From the human T2T-CHM13v2.0 reference genome, Homo sapiens, in NCBI RefSeq assembly GCF_009914755.1, contig NC_060928.1: a stretch of DNA of 64,000 nt. The stretch is one strand, 5' to 3'. This document shows positions 31,786 through 46,488 of the stretch, piece by piece. Position 1 is the stretch's first letter; each line of letters starts with the position of its first letter. Both the position numbers and the translations under genes were made by a program. The notes beneath the pieces are model-generated. The model worked only from the letters and a program-made list of their open reading frames with translations, did no database searches and was not told the DNA's origin.

Positions 31786-34700
31786 AATAAGGCTAATATG
31801 CTTACACCAATGGCTATTTGTAGCACACACAAAAAAAGAGGAGACAATTAAGATTATAAAGCTCACAGACCTAAGGCTAATATGCAGAGACAGAACCTGG
31901 TTCTAAGGAAAATATTTGAGATAGAAATATATAAAAGTTTCCAAGCAACGTGAATAATGGTATCTAGGTTCTTGTTTAGCAAATAAGACAATCGCCAATA
32001 CTATGTTTGACAGTCTTTTTAGTAAGTTGCTGTAATTTAGTGTGTAGAAGAATCAGTTCGTTCTTCAGATGTCATTGTTTCATTCAGTAAGTATTTGTTG
32101 CGGGCCTTCTTAGCATCACTACAAATACAATGAGTGAATAAGATAAAGTCATACTCCCTCCCTACATGTTACTTTTTTCAAGTTGTCAGTGAAGAGATCC
32201 AGTATCCACCTCTTTTAAAGGCTCTGAATCATCAGTAGTATTTATAAGAAGTATAAAAGATAATCCACCAACAGATCTTTTCACTTGAAGGCTAGTAAAG
32301 AGTTCTATCTGATGACTTTTTAAAAGAATCACGTGCTAATTTTAAATGTATTCAGTGTGTCACAGAATCTCAGAGCTGGAAGCATCCTCAAGGGGTCACC
32401 ACATGAAGTAAAATTTGGAAAACATCCATATATACATAAATCAACTGAGACAGAACAATGAATGTTCAGCATTAGTCAAGTAGGGACTCACGAGGGACTT
32501 GAAACTGTGCAGGAATCAAGATGAGATGGTTCCCTGAAGGAAACAACAAAGATAAGACATTGAGCCAGGATTACAGAATCAAAGTTAACCTCAAAACCTT
32601 CAGAGAAATCTATCCTCTTGGAAGTGGTGGTAATTTCAATTCAGCACAACTTCTTTTGAATTTTTATTCATTAATGTCAGGCCTGGTTTTAATATTAATT
32701 GCTCCGGGTCAAGTTCAGATGCAAAAAGCACAAGCGTGCAAGTAGATACAACCTGATGTGTTTATCTTTTCAGTGCACACTTTCTGCTGCAGGCGTGTGC
32801 CAGATGTAGCAGCAGCTGTAGGAAGTTGTTTATCTACCCTCTTAACCTTTGTAAAGTGTTAAGAGATGGCAAAAATCATGTTTTTAAATCATAGGCATCA
32901 CCATCCAAACTAGTATCTTCTTAGTATTAGTCAAAACACATCAATAAAGGCATAAGAAGGTCAAGAAGATTTGATTGTGCCCCAATGATATCTGTTAAAA
33001 CATACTTCTGCCATGATTTACATGCCCCAATAGCTCTCTGCTTATTTCCAAATGCACTTCACCCATTCAACATTCAGAAAATATTTCTTGAACTCCCACT
33101 GTGCACAGGCCACAGTTGAAAGGTACTGGTTAGGTAACGCTAATACCTGTAACATTTGTGTCTTGCCTAACGTTTTACAAATGTCAGTTGTTCTTTGTAA
33201 ATTTATCCTTTAAAATTTTCAAAATATATTAATAGTCCCAGAATGAGAGATAGTTGAAAATCTTTAGGCATTCTTGTTAAGAAAACATTATTTTGGGGGC
33301 TCATAGCCAAATATCAAAATTTCAGCATCATGTGACATTTTTCTTGCAGAGAAGAGAGCTTCAGCCAAGCTTCAGAGCCATGCAGCTTCTGTACTGATGG
33401 GCTTCCCACTCACACCTGCAGGGATTATGCTAAATGCAAGTGGGATTGATCTATCAACCTAATCACTCATGAGAAATAATAACAATGTCATTAACTAAGT
33501 TTCCAAAACAACCCAGTTCCTGCTTGAAAGTCAATCCTTCAGAAGCATGCTAAGCCTTACTTTTGTTTTGACATTTGGATGAAGTCGCAAAGTTTCCTTT
33601 GGCCTTTCTCTGTCAACGTCAATGTCCTCTAGGGAAACCAGTGTGACGATATCAAAAGACAAAGAGAAACAAGTCAGGGTCTCCAAAGAGAAAGATGCAA
33701 ACAATAATTATTTTTAAGAAATCCAGTTAGTTTCTCATTTTAGTTCAGAAATAATTAGAAAATATATTTCTTTTCCCAAAAGCCCCACTTGCAATCAAAA
33801 TCAAAATGTATTCTCATACATCTTTGCTGTGTTTACTGATTTGCCAGACTTCTAACGTAATAAAATATTTGTAAACTTGGACATTCACAGTGAGCTATAT
33901 TTAGACATATTTACTATGTGTATAAAATTCAATTATAGAGGAATAGATGGATTTTTTGGAACTCTAAAAGAACTGACAAAAAATTATTTCTCTTTGAGAT
34001 GTATGTTTCTTCATTATGTATGTTTGTGCAAATGTGTGTTTGCACGTGTGTGTGTGTATTTGCTGGGAATACCAGTATTGACACATGTGGCCCTTGCCTT
34101 CAGGGAGCTCTTAATCTAGTAGTTGCATTGTTAGCTCATGACGTTAGAGTTTGACATGATTTTCTCTGGAAATCTTTGTTTGTATGATAAAAGTCCATTT
34201 GTGCATCGGGCAGGGAGATGGTATAAGATTTAAAATGTTCAGCTTCCACAGCTAGCTTTCCTATTTTCCAGTCAGTGTGTAACCTGAAGTTACCCTTTAA
34301 ACTCTCTGGGCCTGGGTTTTTCACTATCACATCAGCTTGCCCTAGGGAACCGACCTGAGAAACCTTTCAAAATAACAGTGACCAAGCATTCAGTTTTGCA
34401 ACAACAAAACCAAGGGATTTTCCAGCCATGAAAATTGCATATACACAGAAACTGAGGAATTGACTGCAGTAGGACTAAAAGAAACATAAAAATATTCTGA
34501 AAATATTTGCAGATTCTAAAGAACAAGACAATCATTCAAACATCCAATAAATATGTCCTAGATATCTACTTGGTGCTAGCAGTTATGACAGGAAGTTGCT
34601 TCCAAATGTCCTCCTCACTCACTTCAGGGCCATGGCGAATGATGAGGACCAAGGCTTGGTTTTGATCATAGAAAAATAGTCCAAATCTTTCCTAAGACAT

Positions 34701-34963
34701 TCTTGTTAGAGTTCCTGTGAGAGTATGTTGATGGGGAAAGTGTTGAGTGTTGCTGAAGACAAAAATATGTATATTATTAGAATGATATATGGACTATTTA
34801 TATGGTGTGATATACATAAATATAGCATAATTTTAGGGAAAAAAAAACCATATCCCAGACAAGGTGACATGTAAAATTAAGCATTACAGTAATGATTATT
34901 ATTACAGTAATAATAAAGATTTTCTTTTAAACAAACAACTGTGTTTGTATATGTGAATTTTCT

Positions 34964-35272
34964 TTTTTCTCATTATTTTTTTCTTTTTTTAGAAACAGGT
35001 TCTGACTGTCACCCATGGCTGGAGTGCAGTGGCTCAATCACAGCTCACTGCAGCCTTGAACTCCTGCATTCAAGCAATCCTCTTGCCTCAGCCTCCCAAG
35101 CAGCTGGGACCACAGGTAAGTGCCACCACATCTGACTAATTTTTTTATGTGTTGCAGAGACGAAGTCTTGCTGTGTTGCCCAGACTGGTTTTGAACTCCT
35201 GGGCTCAAGCAATCTGCCCACGTAGGCCTCCCAAAGTGCTGGGATTACAGGCATAAGTTACCACACCTAGCC
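34964..35272 (-). mobile_element. Alu (AluJ-like)
   Basis: Antisense dimer; TSD tgtata(t/a)gtgaattttct at 34946-34963 and 35273-35290. Confidence 0.93.
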
Positions 35273-35294
35273 TGTATAAGTGAATTTTCTAATT

Positions 35295-35690
35295 ACAAGT
35301 ATTCACCTTGGGAAGGTACACACTTATTCCATTGATGCATTCTTTGTTCCGTTTTGCAAAGTCTCTTTTAATATCAGCCACAGTGCTAGTAACTAAGCAA
35401 AAAAAGTAAATCTCTTCACTTATTGTGACTTTTTAAAACAAGCCAAAAGGATAGTATTTGGTTATTGAATCACGTCACTGAAGTAACTTTGTTCCAAAGA
35501 CTTTGCGGCTGTTTGTAAAAGTCAAGCACTTTCAAAGTTGAAAAGGTACCACCTTTGAGAATCTTTAAAAGCATGTGTCACTAAAAACCATTGCAAAGGA
35601 ATTATTTCAAAAACTTTTCCAAATACTAGCATCACTGAATTTAGTGTAACATTTCCAAAGGTAAAATCTTCAAAAAGCTGTCTACACTCT
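35295..35690 (+). mobile_element. Ancient mariner-derived element (MARNA-like) fragment
   Basis: aggaattatttcaaaaacttttccaaatactagcatcactgaatttagtgtaacatttccaaaggtaaaatcttcaaa resembles the decayed mariner transposase C-terminus of MARNA. Confidence 0.45.
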
Positions 35691-36462
35691 TCTAGATGTG
35701 TAAGCACTAACTGTTTATGGTTCAACCTTAGAGCTAAGTTGTACCTATGAAGTTGTACTATTGGAAATTTCAACGTGAAGGAATTGTATAATGATAAACA
35801 TAGAAGATCTCAATCACATTGTTCATGATAGGGAAAAAATGTCTACAGGAATCTGAGTAAATAGATGATAGTATTAATTTAAATATTGGATGGAATACTG
35901 TGCAGCTGTCCATAATGGTACAAGCAGGGACAGGAAATATATGGACAATTTTCAGGCAGTGAAACTCCTAAAATTCCTATGGAACATTATATATGCACAT
36001 TCATTTTTCTAAGGAGAGAGACCGTAACTTTGATACGATGTGTCATAACCCAAAGAGAGTTAAGAAGCTGTGTACCAGAATAATATTTAATGCAATGGAA
36101 AAATGTTCAAGTTATATTTCTGAGTGAAAAAGGCAAAATATAAAAGAGCAGGGACAGTATGCTGTACTTAAAGTATTTTTATGCATGCTTAGTAAATAAC
36201 ACTGGAAAAATATACACCAAAATAGCAGGAATAATCTCTGAGTAGCAGGATTCCAAGTAATTTTTTTATTGTCTAATTTTGTTTTGCTGCTGGCTTTTTG
36301 ATATTTTCTCATTTTTTATAGTGTTACGTGTTGCTTTTACAAAAAAAGAAAAAAATAAAAATTTAAGAAGCAAATGGAATACTGGAGAAGGATCTGTTAA
36401 TGTGTTATCAGCACAGTTCAGGGTACACAAGTCCTGATTTTAGTCAACTGGTCCCTGTTTGT

Positions 36463-36776
36463 ATGTATGTATGTATGTATGTATGTATGTATTTGAGACA
36501 AGGTCTGGCTCTATTGCCCAGGCTGTAGTGGGATTGCGTGATCCTGGCTCACTGCAACCTGTGCCTCCCAGGCTCAAGCCATCCTCCCACCTCAGCCTTC
36601 TGAGTAGCTAGAACTACAGGCACACACCACCACACCTGGCTACTTTTTGTATTTTTTGTACAGATAGGGTTTCTTCATGTTGCACAGGCTGGTCTCAAAC
36701 TTGGGAGCTCAAGTGCGCCACCCACCTCAGCCTCCCAAAGTGCTGGGATTACAGATGTGACTCACCGCAACTGGCC
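36463..36776 (-). mobile_element. Alu (AluJ-like) with (TATG)n microsatellite tail
   Basis: About eight TATG units then antisense Alu; TSD cctgtttgt on both sides. Confidence 0.92.
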
Positions 36777-37331
36777 CCTGTTTGTTTTTAATGTGGTAGC
36801 TGTAACAGTAATAGTAATTATAATGGTAATGATAATAAACCACTTTACAACAGCCTATGTGAGTGTTTTCCTTATTAATTTATTGAGCGTGATATATGTC
36901 TCATTATAAATCAATTAACTGGAATTTTGATTTATATATTAGTTTAGTGTGAATTTAGTTGACATGAATCAATCTCCATTGGTCAGTTCATTCATGGATG
37001 GGAAGAAAATCAAGTTTCTAAACTTGAAAAAAATCCCATATAGTTGTATCTGGGGTTCTTTTATCATGATCCCTCAAGTTTGACAAAGATCTGTGATACC
37101 TACACAAAACAATCAAAGTTTCATTACCCAAAATGTTAGGTTTGTGAATAGATTATCTCCATTTTTAAAGTGTTTTTCTTTCTATAACCTTTTCTGAAAA
37201 TGTTGGTATTGATTATCATCTATCTGCTAGCAAATGTTGGCAGCTGCAAAATGAATCATAAAATAGCAAATAAATATGAATCAACAATACTTAGTCCAAT
37301 AGTTTGTTGTTTTCTTATAGATAATTTGAGC

Positions 37332-37806
37332 TGTGTTTTGGCTTGTGCATCACCCAACAGGTGCTGAGGCAGAATTGGAAATATGATAGATTGGGGAAAA
37401 TGCTTATGAAGGACAAAGGAGAAAGGGAGCAGGAGCTAACACAGAGAGCCTTCAACCCGCGTTTCTGGTCTGACACCGGTGAAAGGAGACAGGGAAGGAC
37501 AAAGACAGAAGCAAGAGCCTCAGACTGCAGTGAGCTGTGTAGAAGTCTTAGCCAGGCTAATGGGAAGCCTCAGAGTAAAGACGGCCCATTGAAAAGCTTC
37601 ACATTGGACAGAAGTGGCCCAGCTGTAGCACTTTGTCATGCCCAGTCACTGACTGCGAGCAGTCTGGGGAAAAGGCCTGAGTGTGAATGCCAAGACAGAA
37701 CTCCAAAGGTGCAACACCTGCTGGGTAACAGGCAACTTACTCCCTTCTATAATGCACGTCTTCTCTTGAAGGGAGATCTGAGCAGCATATCTGCATCATT
37801 GCCACA
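37332..37806. mobile_element. Old ERVL-type LTR (family not resolved)
   Basis: TG...CA-bounded purine-rich ~475-bp block (tgtgttttggc...attgccaca) with motif agcctcagactgcagtg...ggccca typical of old ERVL/MaLR LTRs. Confidence 0.4.
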
Positions 37807-37999
37807 GGTTGATTTTTAAATTTCATACATGGAGATTTATTTTTTGCTACTAACATTGCTCTTGGTCATATGTTGGAATTAAATATACCATTCTTTCCCC
37901 ATGTTCCAGAAAGAGCATAGTATTCCCAATTGCAATCTACAAAGAAGACCATGATTTCCAGGTATGTTACCACTTTAACAATTCTGAGATTCCTTTCTG

Positions 38000-38450
38000 A
38001 TTTAGAGTCAGAAGATTTGGATTCAGATCGTAGCTTTGTCACTTTCCACCTACATCGTCTGGAGCAAGATACCTGACCTCACTAAATCTCAGTTTCTTTA
38101 TCTGTAAAGCAGGAATATCCATGCCTTACCCCTAGAGGATTGTTTTGAAGATTACATCAAATAACATATGAGAAAATCCCTGGCACATAGAAAATACTTA
38201 ATAAATATTTGTTTTTAAAATGGAAAATCACAATCCTAATAGGTACTGCCCATCTAGCTTGTCAACATTAGTTTACTCTACCTGGACAAGTTATGTAACC
38301 TCTTATAAGCCTCAGTTTTCTCATCTATAAAACAGAGTAATCTTATCCCCCATGGCACTGACTTACTAAAACAATTGGATGAAATTATGCAATCAGAGCA
38401 TTCATCCCAGTACCCGACATAAAATAAGTCCTTGGCAAATGTTATCAATC
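38000..38450 (+). mobile_element. Two MIR fragments
   Basis: MIR cores ctcagtttctttatctgtaaagcagg (~38090) and gcctcagttttctcatctataaaacagag (~38310). Confidence 0.7.
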
Positions 38451-38969
38451 AGGATCCCTTGCTTTATGAACACTAGTTCATTTTAATGTTGATATTCATG
38501 GAAACTACATTTATTGCACATTATATTACAATCTTAATCTCATAGGAACTGATAATATTTCAATTGTTATTGTGTCCAACTTGAAATCTCGTTTGTAGTA
38601 AGTGTGCATCCTCTACTTACCAAGGATGATCACATCCCAGTACAGTCCGATAACAACTAGACTTAGATTCACAAGCACTTTATATTATTGATCATCAGTT
38701 TCCACATTTATTCCTTTGAAAGAAATACATCCTTGGATTTTTCTGTACATATTTTGACATTTGTTACTGACAAACTATTTTTATCATCATTAAAAATAAT
38801 AATAACAATGATATATTTTTTACCTGAAAGCCTCCATTTCTTTTAGGTATTTTTCTTCATTTTGGAGCTTCAGGTCGACATTTTAAATGTGAAATGGATT
38901 TATTTTTTCCTTCGGTTCATCCTCTAATTTTACTCCTGCCTGTTTATGTCTTAAAACTTGATAGAGTTA

Positions 38970-39272
38970 GGCCGGGCACAGTGGCTCATGCCTGTAATCC
39001 CAGCACTTTGGGAGGCCGAGACGGGCAGATCACCTGAGGTCGGGAGTTCAAGACCAGTCTGACCAACATGGAGAAACCCCATCCCTACTAAATATACAAA
39101 ATTAGCCAGGCGTGGTGGCACATGCCTGTAATTCCAGCTACTCAGGAGACTGAGGCAAGAGAATCACTTGAACCCGGGAGGTGGAGGTTGTGGTTAGCCG
39201 AGATCGCCCATTGCACTCCAGCCTGGGCAACAAGAGTGAAACTCTGTCTCAAAAGAAAAAAAAAAAAAAAAA
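38970..39272 (+). mobile_element. AluSp-like
   Basis: Diagnostic ctgaccaacatggagaaacccc and gggcaacaagag; TSD aaaactt(g/c)atagagtta at 38953-38969 and 39273-39289. Confidence 0.93.
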
Positions 39273-39996
39273 AAAACTTCATAGAGTTAAGAATTGGGGA
39301 ATATTGGTGGGCTGTGGGGGAGAAATGGTTTAAGATAAAGAAAAACTGTTGAAATACACAGAAAATAGGGAGCCAGTATATTATATAATAACTTGAAAGT
39401 GGGATGGAAATAGAGCAGGAGATAGCAGTGGAAGCTTCCAAAGGCAAAACTACAGATTTTCACCTTGCCATTGAGTATAGAAGTATGAAAGGCAGTCATA
39501 CAAAAGCCAAGCTTTTATTCCATACATTTCACAGATTAACAGTTCCAGACTTCACAAGGGTAGACCAAATTTGGCTAGTCTCTGGACTTGAGGTGGGAAA
39601 CCTTCCTTTCAAACTTGAAAAAGCAAAGGAAAATCTCATTATGTTCAGTCTTTAAGCCCTGGGGTAAAATTGTCACTCAAACGATGCTTGTTTCTCTAAG
39701 AAAATCAATTTGATGAGAAGTGTACTAAGACCACGAGCTCATTTCTTCTAGAGCCAGTAAGTAGTCATGCTCAGAGTGAAATAATTTTTTACACTAATCA
39801 ATAAGGCTCAATTACAGCAACATAAACATGTCTTTTATTAAATTAGTTATTAATCCAAGAATCTACTACTACGAATCTATACCTGCAAAAATTGTATTCG
39901 AATATCTAATTTTCTACCATCACAGATCACCAAGAATTCAAAAACATTGATCCCCCTTGACAAAGACGCAACTGAATCATATTAATACCAAGCAGA

Positions 39997-40301
39997 GGCC
40001 AGGCGTGGGTGGTTTATGCCTATAATCCCAACAATTTTGGAGGCTGAGGCAGGAAGATCGCTTGAGCCCAGGAGTTCAAGTCCAATCTGGGCAACACAGT
40101 GAGGTCTCATCTCTACAAAAAAAAATTTGTTTTAATTAGCTAGGCATGGTGGCATGTGCCTGTAGTCCTAGCTGATCAGGAGGCTGAGGTGAGAGTATTG
40201 CTTGAGCCTGGGAGTTTAAGGCTGCAGTGAACTATGATCCCCCCACTACACTCCAGCCTGGGCGACAAAAAGAAATCCCATCTCGAAAAAATAAATAAAT
40301 A
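39997..40301 (+). mobile_element. Alu (AluJ-like)
   Basis: gcttgagcccaggagttcaag; TSD aataccaagca on both sides. Confidence 0.92.
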
Positions 40302-40876
40302 AATACCAAGCATAAATAATTTTTCACAACTAAGAGTCAGGACTCAGCTTTCATTTCAGGCCACAATCCCTGAAATTCAGTTTACCTGGCCCTTTCTCAC
40401 AGATAGAAAGGCAACTCACAAGATAAGAAGAGTGGACTTGGTCTCCCCAAAGTAGAAAGGAAAGGAGATGTCAAAACCACAGAGGTCGATACAATTTTCA
40501 AAAATGCAGACAAACAAAACTCTTAGTAGAAGTCCACTTCATAGGCAGAAGAAGCCACAAATGGTTTGAGCAATTAGCAGATGTATATCATTCTTTCATT
40601 CCATTATGAAGCATTTGTGTGTGCCTACTATATGCCAAGCTCATCTGGGCTGAGCAGGTGTAATCATACTCCAGGTTCAGGCAACCCAAAAAAACCCACC
40701 CTACAAGCAACCAGTGTGGTGTGAATTTCAGGTTTGATTCATAATAACTCAGTCCCCTGTATGAAAATGGGATTCTTCTGCTGTAAAGTCACTCAGAAAA
40801 TAAATCATCTTCCCCTAATGTCTCAGATACTAAAATTTACTTCGTTATTTCTCTGATGTGTCTAAAAACATAACAA

Positions 40877-41213
40877 TTATACTCATTGACACAGAGAGTT
40901 AGAAAGATGGTTACCAAGGGCTGGGAAGGGTAGTGGGTACAAAAAAAAATGGAAAGAATGAATAAGACCTACTATTCAATAGCACAACAGGGTGATTATA
41001 GTCAATAATAATTCAATTTTACATTTTAAAATAACTAAAAGAGTTTAATTGGATTGTTTGTAACACAAAGGATAAGTGCATGAGGGCATAGATGCCCCAC
41101 TCTTCATGATGTGACGATTACACATTGCATGCCTGTGTCAAAACATCTTGGTACTCCATAAATATATACAACTACCATGTACCCACAAAAAATTAAAATT
41201 AAAAATTAAAAAA
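40877..41213 (+). mobile_element. L1MA (L1MA2/3-like) 3'UTR fragment
   Basis: gatggttaccaagggctgggaaggg...atagcacaacagggtgattatagtcaataat...tacccacaaaaattaaaattaaaaa. Confidence 0.85.
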
Positions 41214-42174
41214 GGGGATTTCCATGGTTTAAATTTCTTTCTAGTACAAATCAAAGACCTAAACCAGATATGTTTGTATTAAGTCCAAAAAGAAAAAAAG
41301 CAAAATAAAATGTAGGAAAATTTCTCCCTTTCCACCTCACCCACACATATTGGTTCCTAGTGTGCATAAAACTTCCAAACATACGTCCTTAACATCTCTT
41401 CTAAAACATGTCCCGGCTAAAAAGAAAGAGAGCAAATATTGAGAAAGGGGTTAGATGTGCAGTACACTGATCAGAGGGCTAAGGTTTTAATGCAATTTTG
41501 TTATTGAGGTTTGGAATCTAAAATATGAGCATGGGGGGAGGAGATAGGATTCAGGGTGGTCTTGGGATACCCTACGTCCTAGTTCACTCTGTCCAGCATT
41601 AACGTAATCACAGGAGTCGTAAAGCCATAGAAAAATGTTTGCTATTCTGAAAAGCTTCATTCATTCTGGCATTTCAGCAAACCCCAGTATATGTTTGGTT
41701 CCCTGTTATGAGAAACAGTATAATGCTCTGAGCCACAACAAGTCATTAAGAAACATTAAGAGGACAATTTAAGTGTCAGTTTTCATTTTCATCCCAGTGA
41801 CCCTTGTTCTTGTCATCTTTATTAAGACATCAATTTCCCACTCCGTTCCCTCTACCCTTCAAGTAAGGAAAAGCAATTCCCTGGAGAAGACTAAAGGAAA
41901 AGAAAAACTGATAGGGCATTTGAAGAAGAGATAAAAATGGATGAATAGAAGGTTCATAGTCCCTTAGCCCAAAAAAAATAACCAGGTCTACTTAGAAAAT
42001 CTGCCCTAAAGTGGAAACCTGTAGCAGAATAGAACAAGGCAGTTTTGTCCTGGAAGGTTAGGATTGGTGGAAAGGAGACTAAAACAAACATAAAGAAAAA
42101 TATGAATAAATTATTGTGTTTTAGGAGAAACTTTGCTTGGTTCCATAAAACCACTACTTTCAATAATTATTATC

Positions 42175-42390
42175 ATAGTTGACATTTAATCAGTGCTTAG
42201 TAAATGCCAGGCACCATACTAAGCCCACAGGTCATCATATTTAATTCTCACAAAAATCCTATGAGGAATGAACTATTATTATCCCCGTCTTAACAGATGA
42301 GGACACTGAGATACACTGAGGTGGAGGAATTTTCACAGGGTCAAGAAACTAGTAAGTTATAGACTCTAATTCCAAAGCCCTACTTGTCAA
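42175..42390 (-). mobile_element. MIR
   Basis: gccaggcaccatactaag...attattatccccgtcttaacagatgaggacactgag. Confidence 0.75.
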
Positions 42391-42434
42391 CTCTAGCCTA
42401 GAAGTTTGGCTTCTTGTCCCAGAGTAATTTTTCC

Positions 42435-42780
42435 TGTTATCTGTTGTTGGTAACAAACCACCCCACAACTTTGTGGCTTAAAGCTGTCATTTGCTCTTCC
42501 CTCTCGTGGTTCTGTGGGTTGAGTGAGCTCAGTGAGGCAGTTCTTGGAGTCTCTCATGTGGCTAAAGTCAGATGATGGCTGGGCCGAACCTTTTCCAGGG
42601 TTTGACTGGGCTGGGTGTCCAAGATGGTGCACTCACACAGCTGCCAGACAAAGTGAATTAGGCTCCTCAGAGTATGGCATTGGGTTCTGAAAAGAAGTGT
42701 GCTGAGGACGAAGCACCCTGAGAGTGAGTATTCCATGAAACCCAAGCAGAAACTGCAAGGCTTCTTATCTAGCCTTGGGG
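42435..42780 (-). mobile_element. MLT1 (MLT1G/H-like) LTR fragment
   Basis: gtaacaaaccaccccacaactttgtggcttaaa...ctgggctgggtgtccaagatggtgcactcacac. Confidence 0.6.
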
Positions 42781-43194
42781 GTGAACCCCCCATTTATATG
42801 GAGGCTACCCCTTCCCCAGAGAAAGTTCTGGAGGCATGGATCACTGGTGGGAACAAAGGAAAACACAGCTCCCTCTCTAAGGAAGCCCTCAGTATTAGAG
42901 ACATACAGAGGTAGGTGAACAACATCTCTAGAATTCCCACCACATCAACTGTACAGAGACTCCCATACAGCAGCAGAAAGATCCAGGTAACATCAGACCC
43001 AACCCAAAGGACAACCAGGGATTCCTTCCCACAGCTGACTCAGACCAGAAATCTAAGGAGATCTTGCTCCTGCATCTTTTCTCCTGGCTCCAGCCCAGAA
43101 AGGTTCTAGTAGTTCCCAATCAGGGCAGCACAGCCCCCTTAAGAGGTGTTTGGGATAGTCGGGGAAAAGGGTGCTTGTCATAAAGACTGGAGGG

Positions 43195-43592
<398 letters not shown>

Positions 43593-44904
43593 GACTGAGG
43601 GTACTTAGGAATTTGTGTTGGGGGAGGAGGGGGGCAATATTAAATATTCTGAAATGTGCAGATCAGTTCCACCCTAAGCTTTGACCCAACCAAAATGAAA
43701 ACAGTACACCCACACTCCACCAAAAAAAACCACTGGTAGACCCAGGAGAGGGAGGAGGTGTATATCTCAGGGCAGACTATTTCTCCTCCATCCTCCCATC
43801 CCCACCCACACCCAACTCCTGCCTGTCACCACCCTCTTGATTCCAAGGCGCTAGATTGGAGGAAGAGTGAAAAGCCTCCCACCTTAGATCTCCCAGGCCT
43901 CAAGTCAAACCTGCAGGAAGATGGACGAGATTAGACTTAAATTGCATCTGAGATTGATGCTTTAAACCAAAATGGACTGAAATGTTTATAACTGAAAAAG
44001 AGCAGAAAGTTGGGGAATCTGCCAAAGGTGCTAAAAGGCGGGAAACGGGCATTCAACTGAACATCATAGAAATCAATAATTGGAAAAAATACCAACATTT
44101 CATGTTTATCCCCCACTTAGTTAAAACTCCTCAGTTCACTCTGCCATAAAGGGGAGCAGGGTCATGGTTTTCAAACATGCCAAGGAAGGAAGGTCACTGA
44201 GAATGTTTCTGTCTGCCTTACTGACCACTGTAGATAAGCAGCCACTGCTCGACCCGCTTGGAAACATTACATCCTGTTTCCACCAAGGGTCCTGGGTGGA
44301 GCTCCAGAGCCTGCCGTCTAGGGCTGTGGCAGTTGGATGGGAAGCTCATTGGAAGCCTAGCAGGGGTGCTGGACCCTAGGCACAGCTGCTGCATCCCTGC
44401 TAAAGAACAATGGGTAAGTCATCATCGTGAGATGGGTTTTCCTCTCTCCCTGCTGTGGACAGGTGCTTGATAGCAGAGCCCACTGCCAAGTGACCCCAAT
44501 TTTCCCCCAGAGGGGAAAAATGCCCAGGTCAGAGCAAGCTAGACTGGGATAAGCAGGCCTAGAGAGCATGTGCCTCTGACACAAATCAGAATTTACACTG
44601 AGCTTCCATCCATCCAGCTCAGGGCTGCCTTGGCTCATGCAAAATGCATGATGAGTCTAACCCCATGTTTCCTTAGTATTTTTCCAGTCTCCCTTTCTTC
44701 CAATCCTTTTATCCACATTCAGAAAAACAAATCATTGGGAAGTGATTATTAACACCACATTAACCCACGTTAACCACATTAACACCACATCAAAAATATC
44801 CCACTTAATAAAAAATGCCAATTGATATAGATTTTGGAGGACAATTTGACAATATCTATTAAAATTTTAAATGTGCTTTTACTCTGACCCAGCAATTCTC
44901 CCAA

Positions 44905-45525
44905 ACCCAGATATTTCCAGCAGCTTTATTCATAATTGCCAAAACGCAGAAGCAGCCAAGATGTCCTTCAGTAGATGAGTGAATACATAAACTTTGGTAC
45001 ATCTAGACAATGAGATAGTATTCAGTGTTAAAAAGAAATGAGCTATCAAGCCATAAAAAGTCATGGAGGAGCTTTAAATGCTTATTACAGTCCTAAGTGA
45101 AGGAAGCCCATATGATATCAACTACAAGACATTCTGGAAAAGACAAAACTATGGAGACAGTCATTGACAGAGCGTGGGGACAGAGAAGAGAGAAGTAGGC
45201 AGAGCACAGAGGATTTTTAGGGCAGTGAAAATACTCTGCATGATACTAAAAGGGCAGGTACATGTCATTACACATTTGTCTAAACCCATAGAATGCACAG
45301 CATCAAGGGTGAATCCTAATGTAAACTGTGAACTTTGGATGGTTATGATGTGCCAGTGTAGTTTAACCTATTGTAAAAAATGCACCACTCTGATGGGCAT
45401 GTTGTTTATGAGAGAGGCTATGCATGTTCAAGGGCAAGGAACATATGGGACATCTCTGTACCTCCCACTTAATTGTGCTATGAGCCTAAAACTGCTCTAA
45501 AAGAGAGTCAAAAAAAAACTAACCA
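44905..45525 (+). mobile_element. L1MC1-like 3' end
   Basis: cagctttattcataattgccaaaac...aacccatagaatgcacagcatcaagggtgaatcctaatgtaaactgtgaactttgg...gagcctaaaactgctctaaaa plus A-rich tail. Confidence 0.85.
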
Positions 45526-45796
45526 AAAAATACCAATTAGTTACAGATTTTTTGGAGGACAATTTGACAATATATATTAAAATTATTTGAAGTGCTTACC
45601 CTCTGACCCAGCAATTCTTCTAGGTATTTATCATGTAATTCACAGCGGTATTCCCAGTGCCTAGAGCCCTAGATCAGTGGTACATAGCAGGTGCTTAATA
45701 AAAATGTGTGATGAATATACAATTTTAAAAGATAAATTGGCAAGAAGACCAACACATTAAGTTATGATTTTATTTAGGTTTATTTAAAATGCACAA

Positions 45797-46161
<365 letters not shown>

Positions 46162-46392
46162 TAGCATGCTTCTTCTCCCCCTTCACATTCTTCAAATTCC
46201 CACTTTTGTTTTCTGCCCATTTTAATGTTTACAATATATGTCCTCCCGACTGTATGTAATACAGAAAGATAAATAATGTTTTTCTGTATGTTTGTATTTT
46301 ACATCAGTGATTTGCATATAACTGCTTGCATTCAATTTCTTGCTGTTTTCACTATGTAAAGATCAATCTGTGTTAACTTGTGGGCACATTTA

Positions 46393-46488
46393 TTAGGTTG
46401 GTGCAAAAGTAATTGCGGTTTTTGCCATTAAATTGTTTTTGCCTTAAAAGTAATGCCAAAAACTGCAATTACTTTTGCACCAATCTAA
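46393..46488. mobile_element. MADE1 (Hsmar1-derived MITE)
   Basis: TIRs ttaggttggtgcaaaagtaattgcggtttttgccatta / taatgccaaaaactgcaattacttttgcaccaatctaa with TA on both sides. Confidence 0.95.

Noticed and set aside
37343-37819. 158-aa ORF
   Set aside because: It coincides with a purine-rich old LTR-like block and has no protein-family similarity that I can recognise.
44288-44413. Plus-strand exon ending at a strong GTAAGT donor
   Set aside because: The acceptor is weak (ccaccaag) and the translation is unrecognisable; kept only as a candidate site under the LTR12 finding.
44749-44791. ttaac(a)ccacat short tandem repeat
   Set aside because: Four degenerate 10-11 bp units; ordinary slippage with no further signal.
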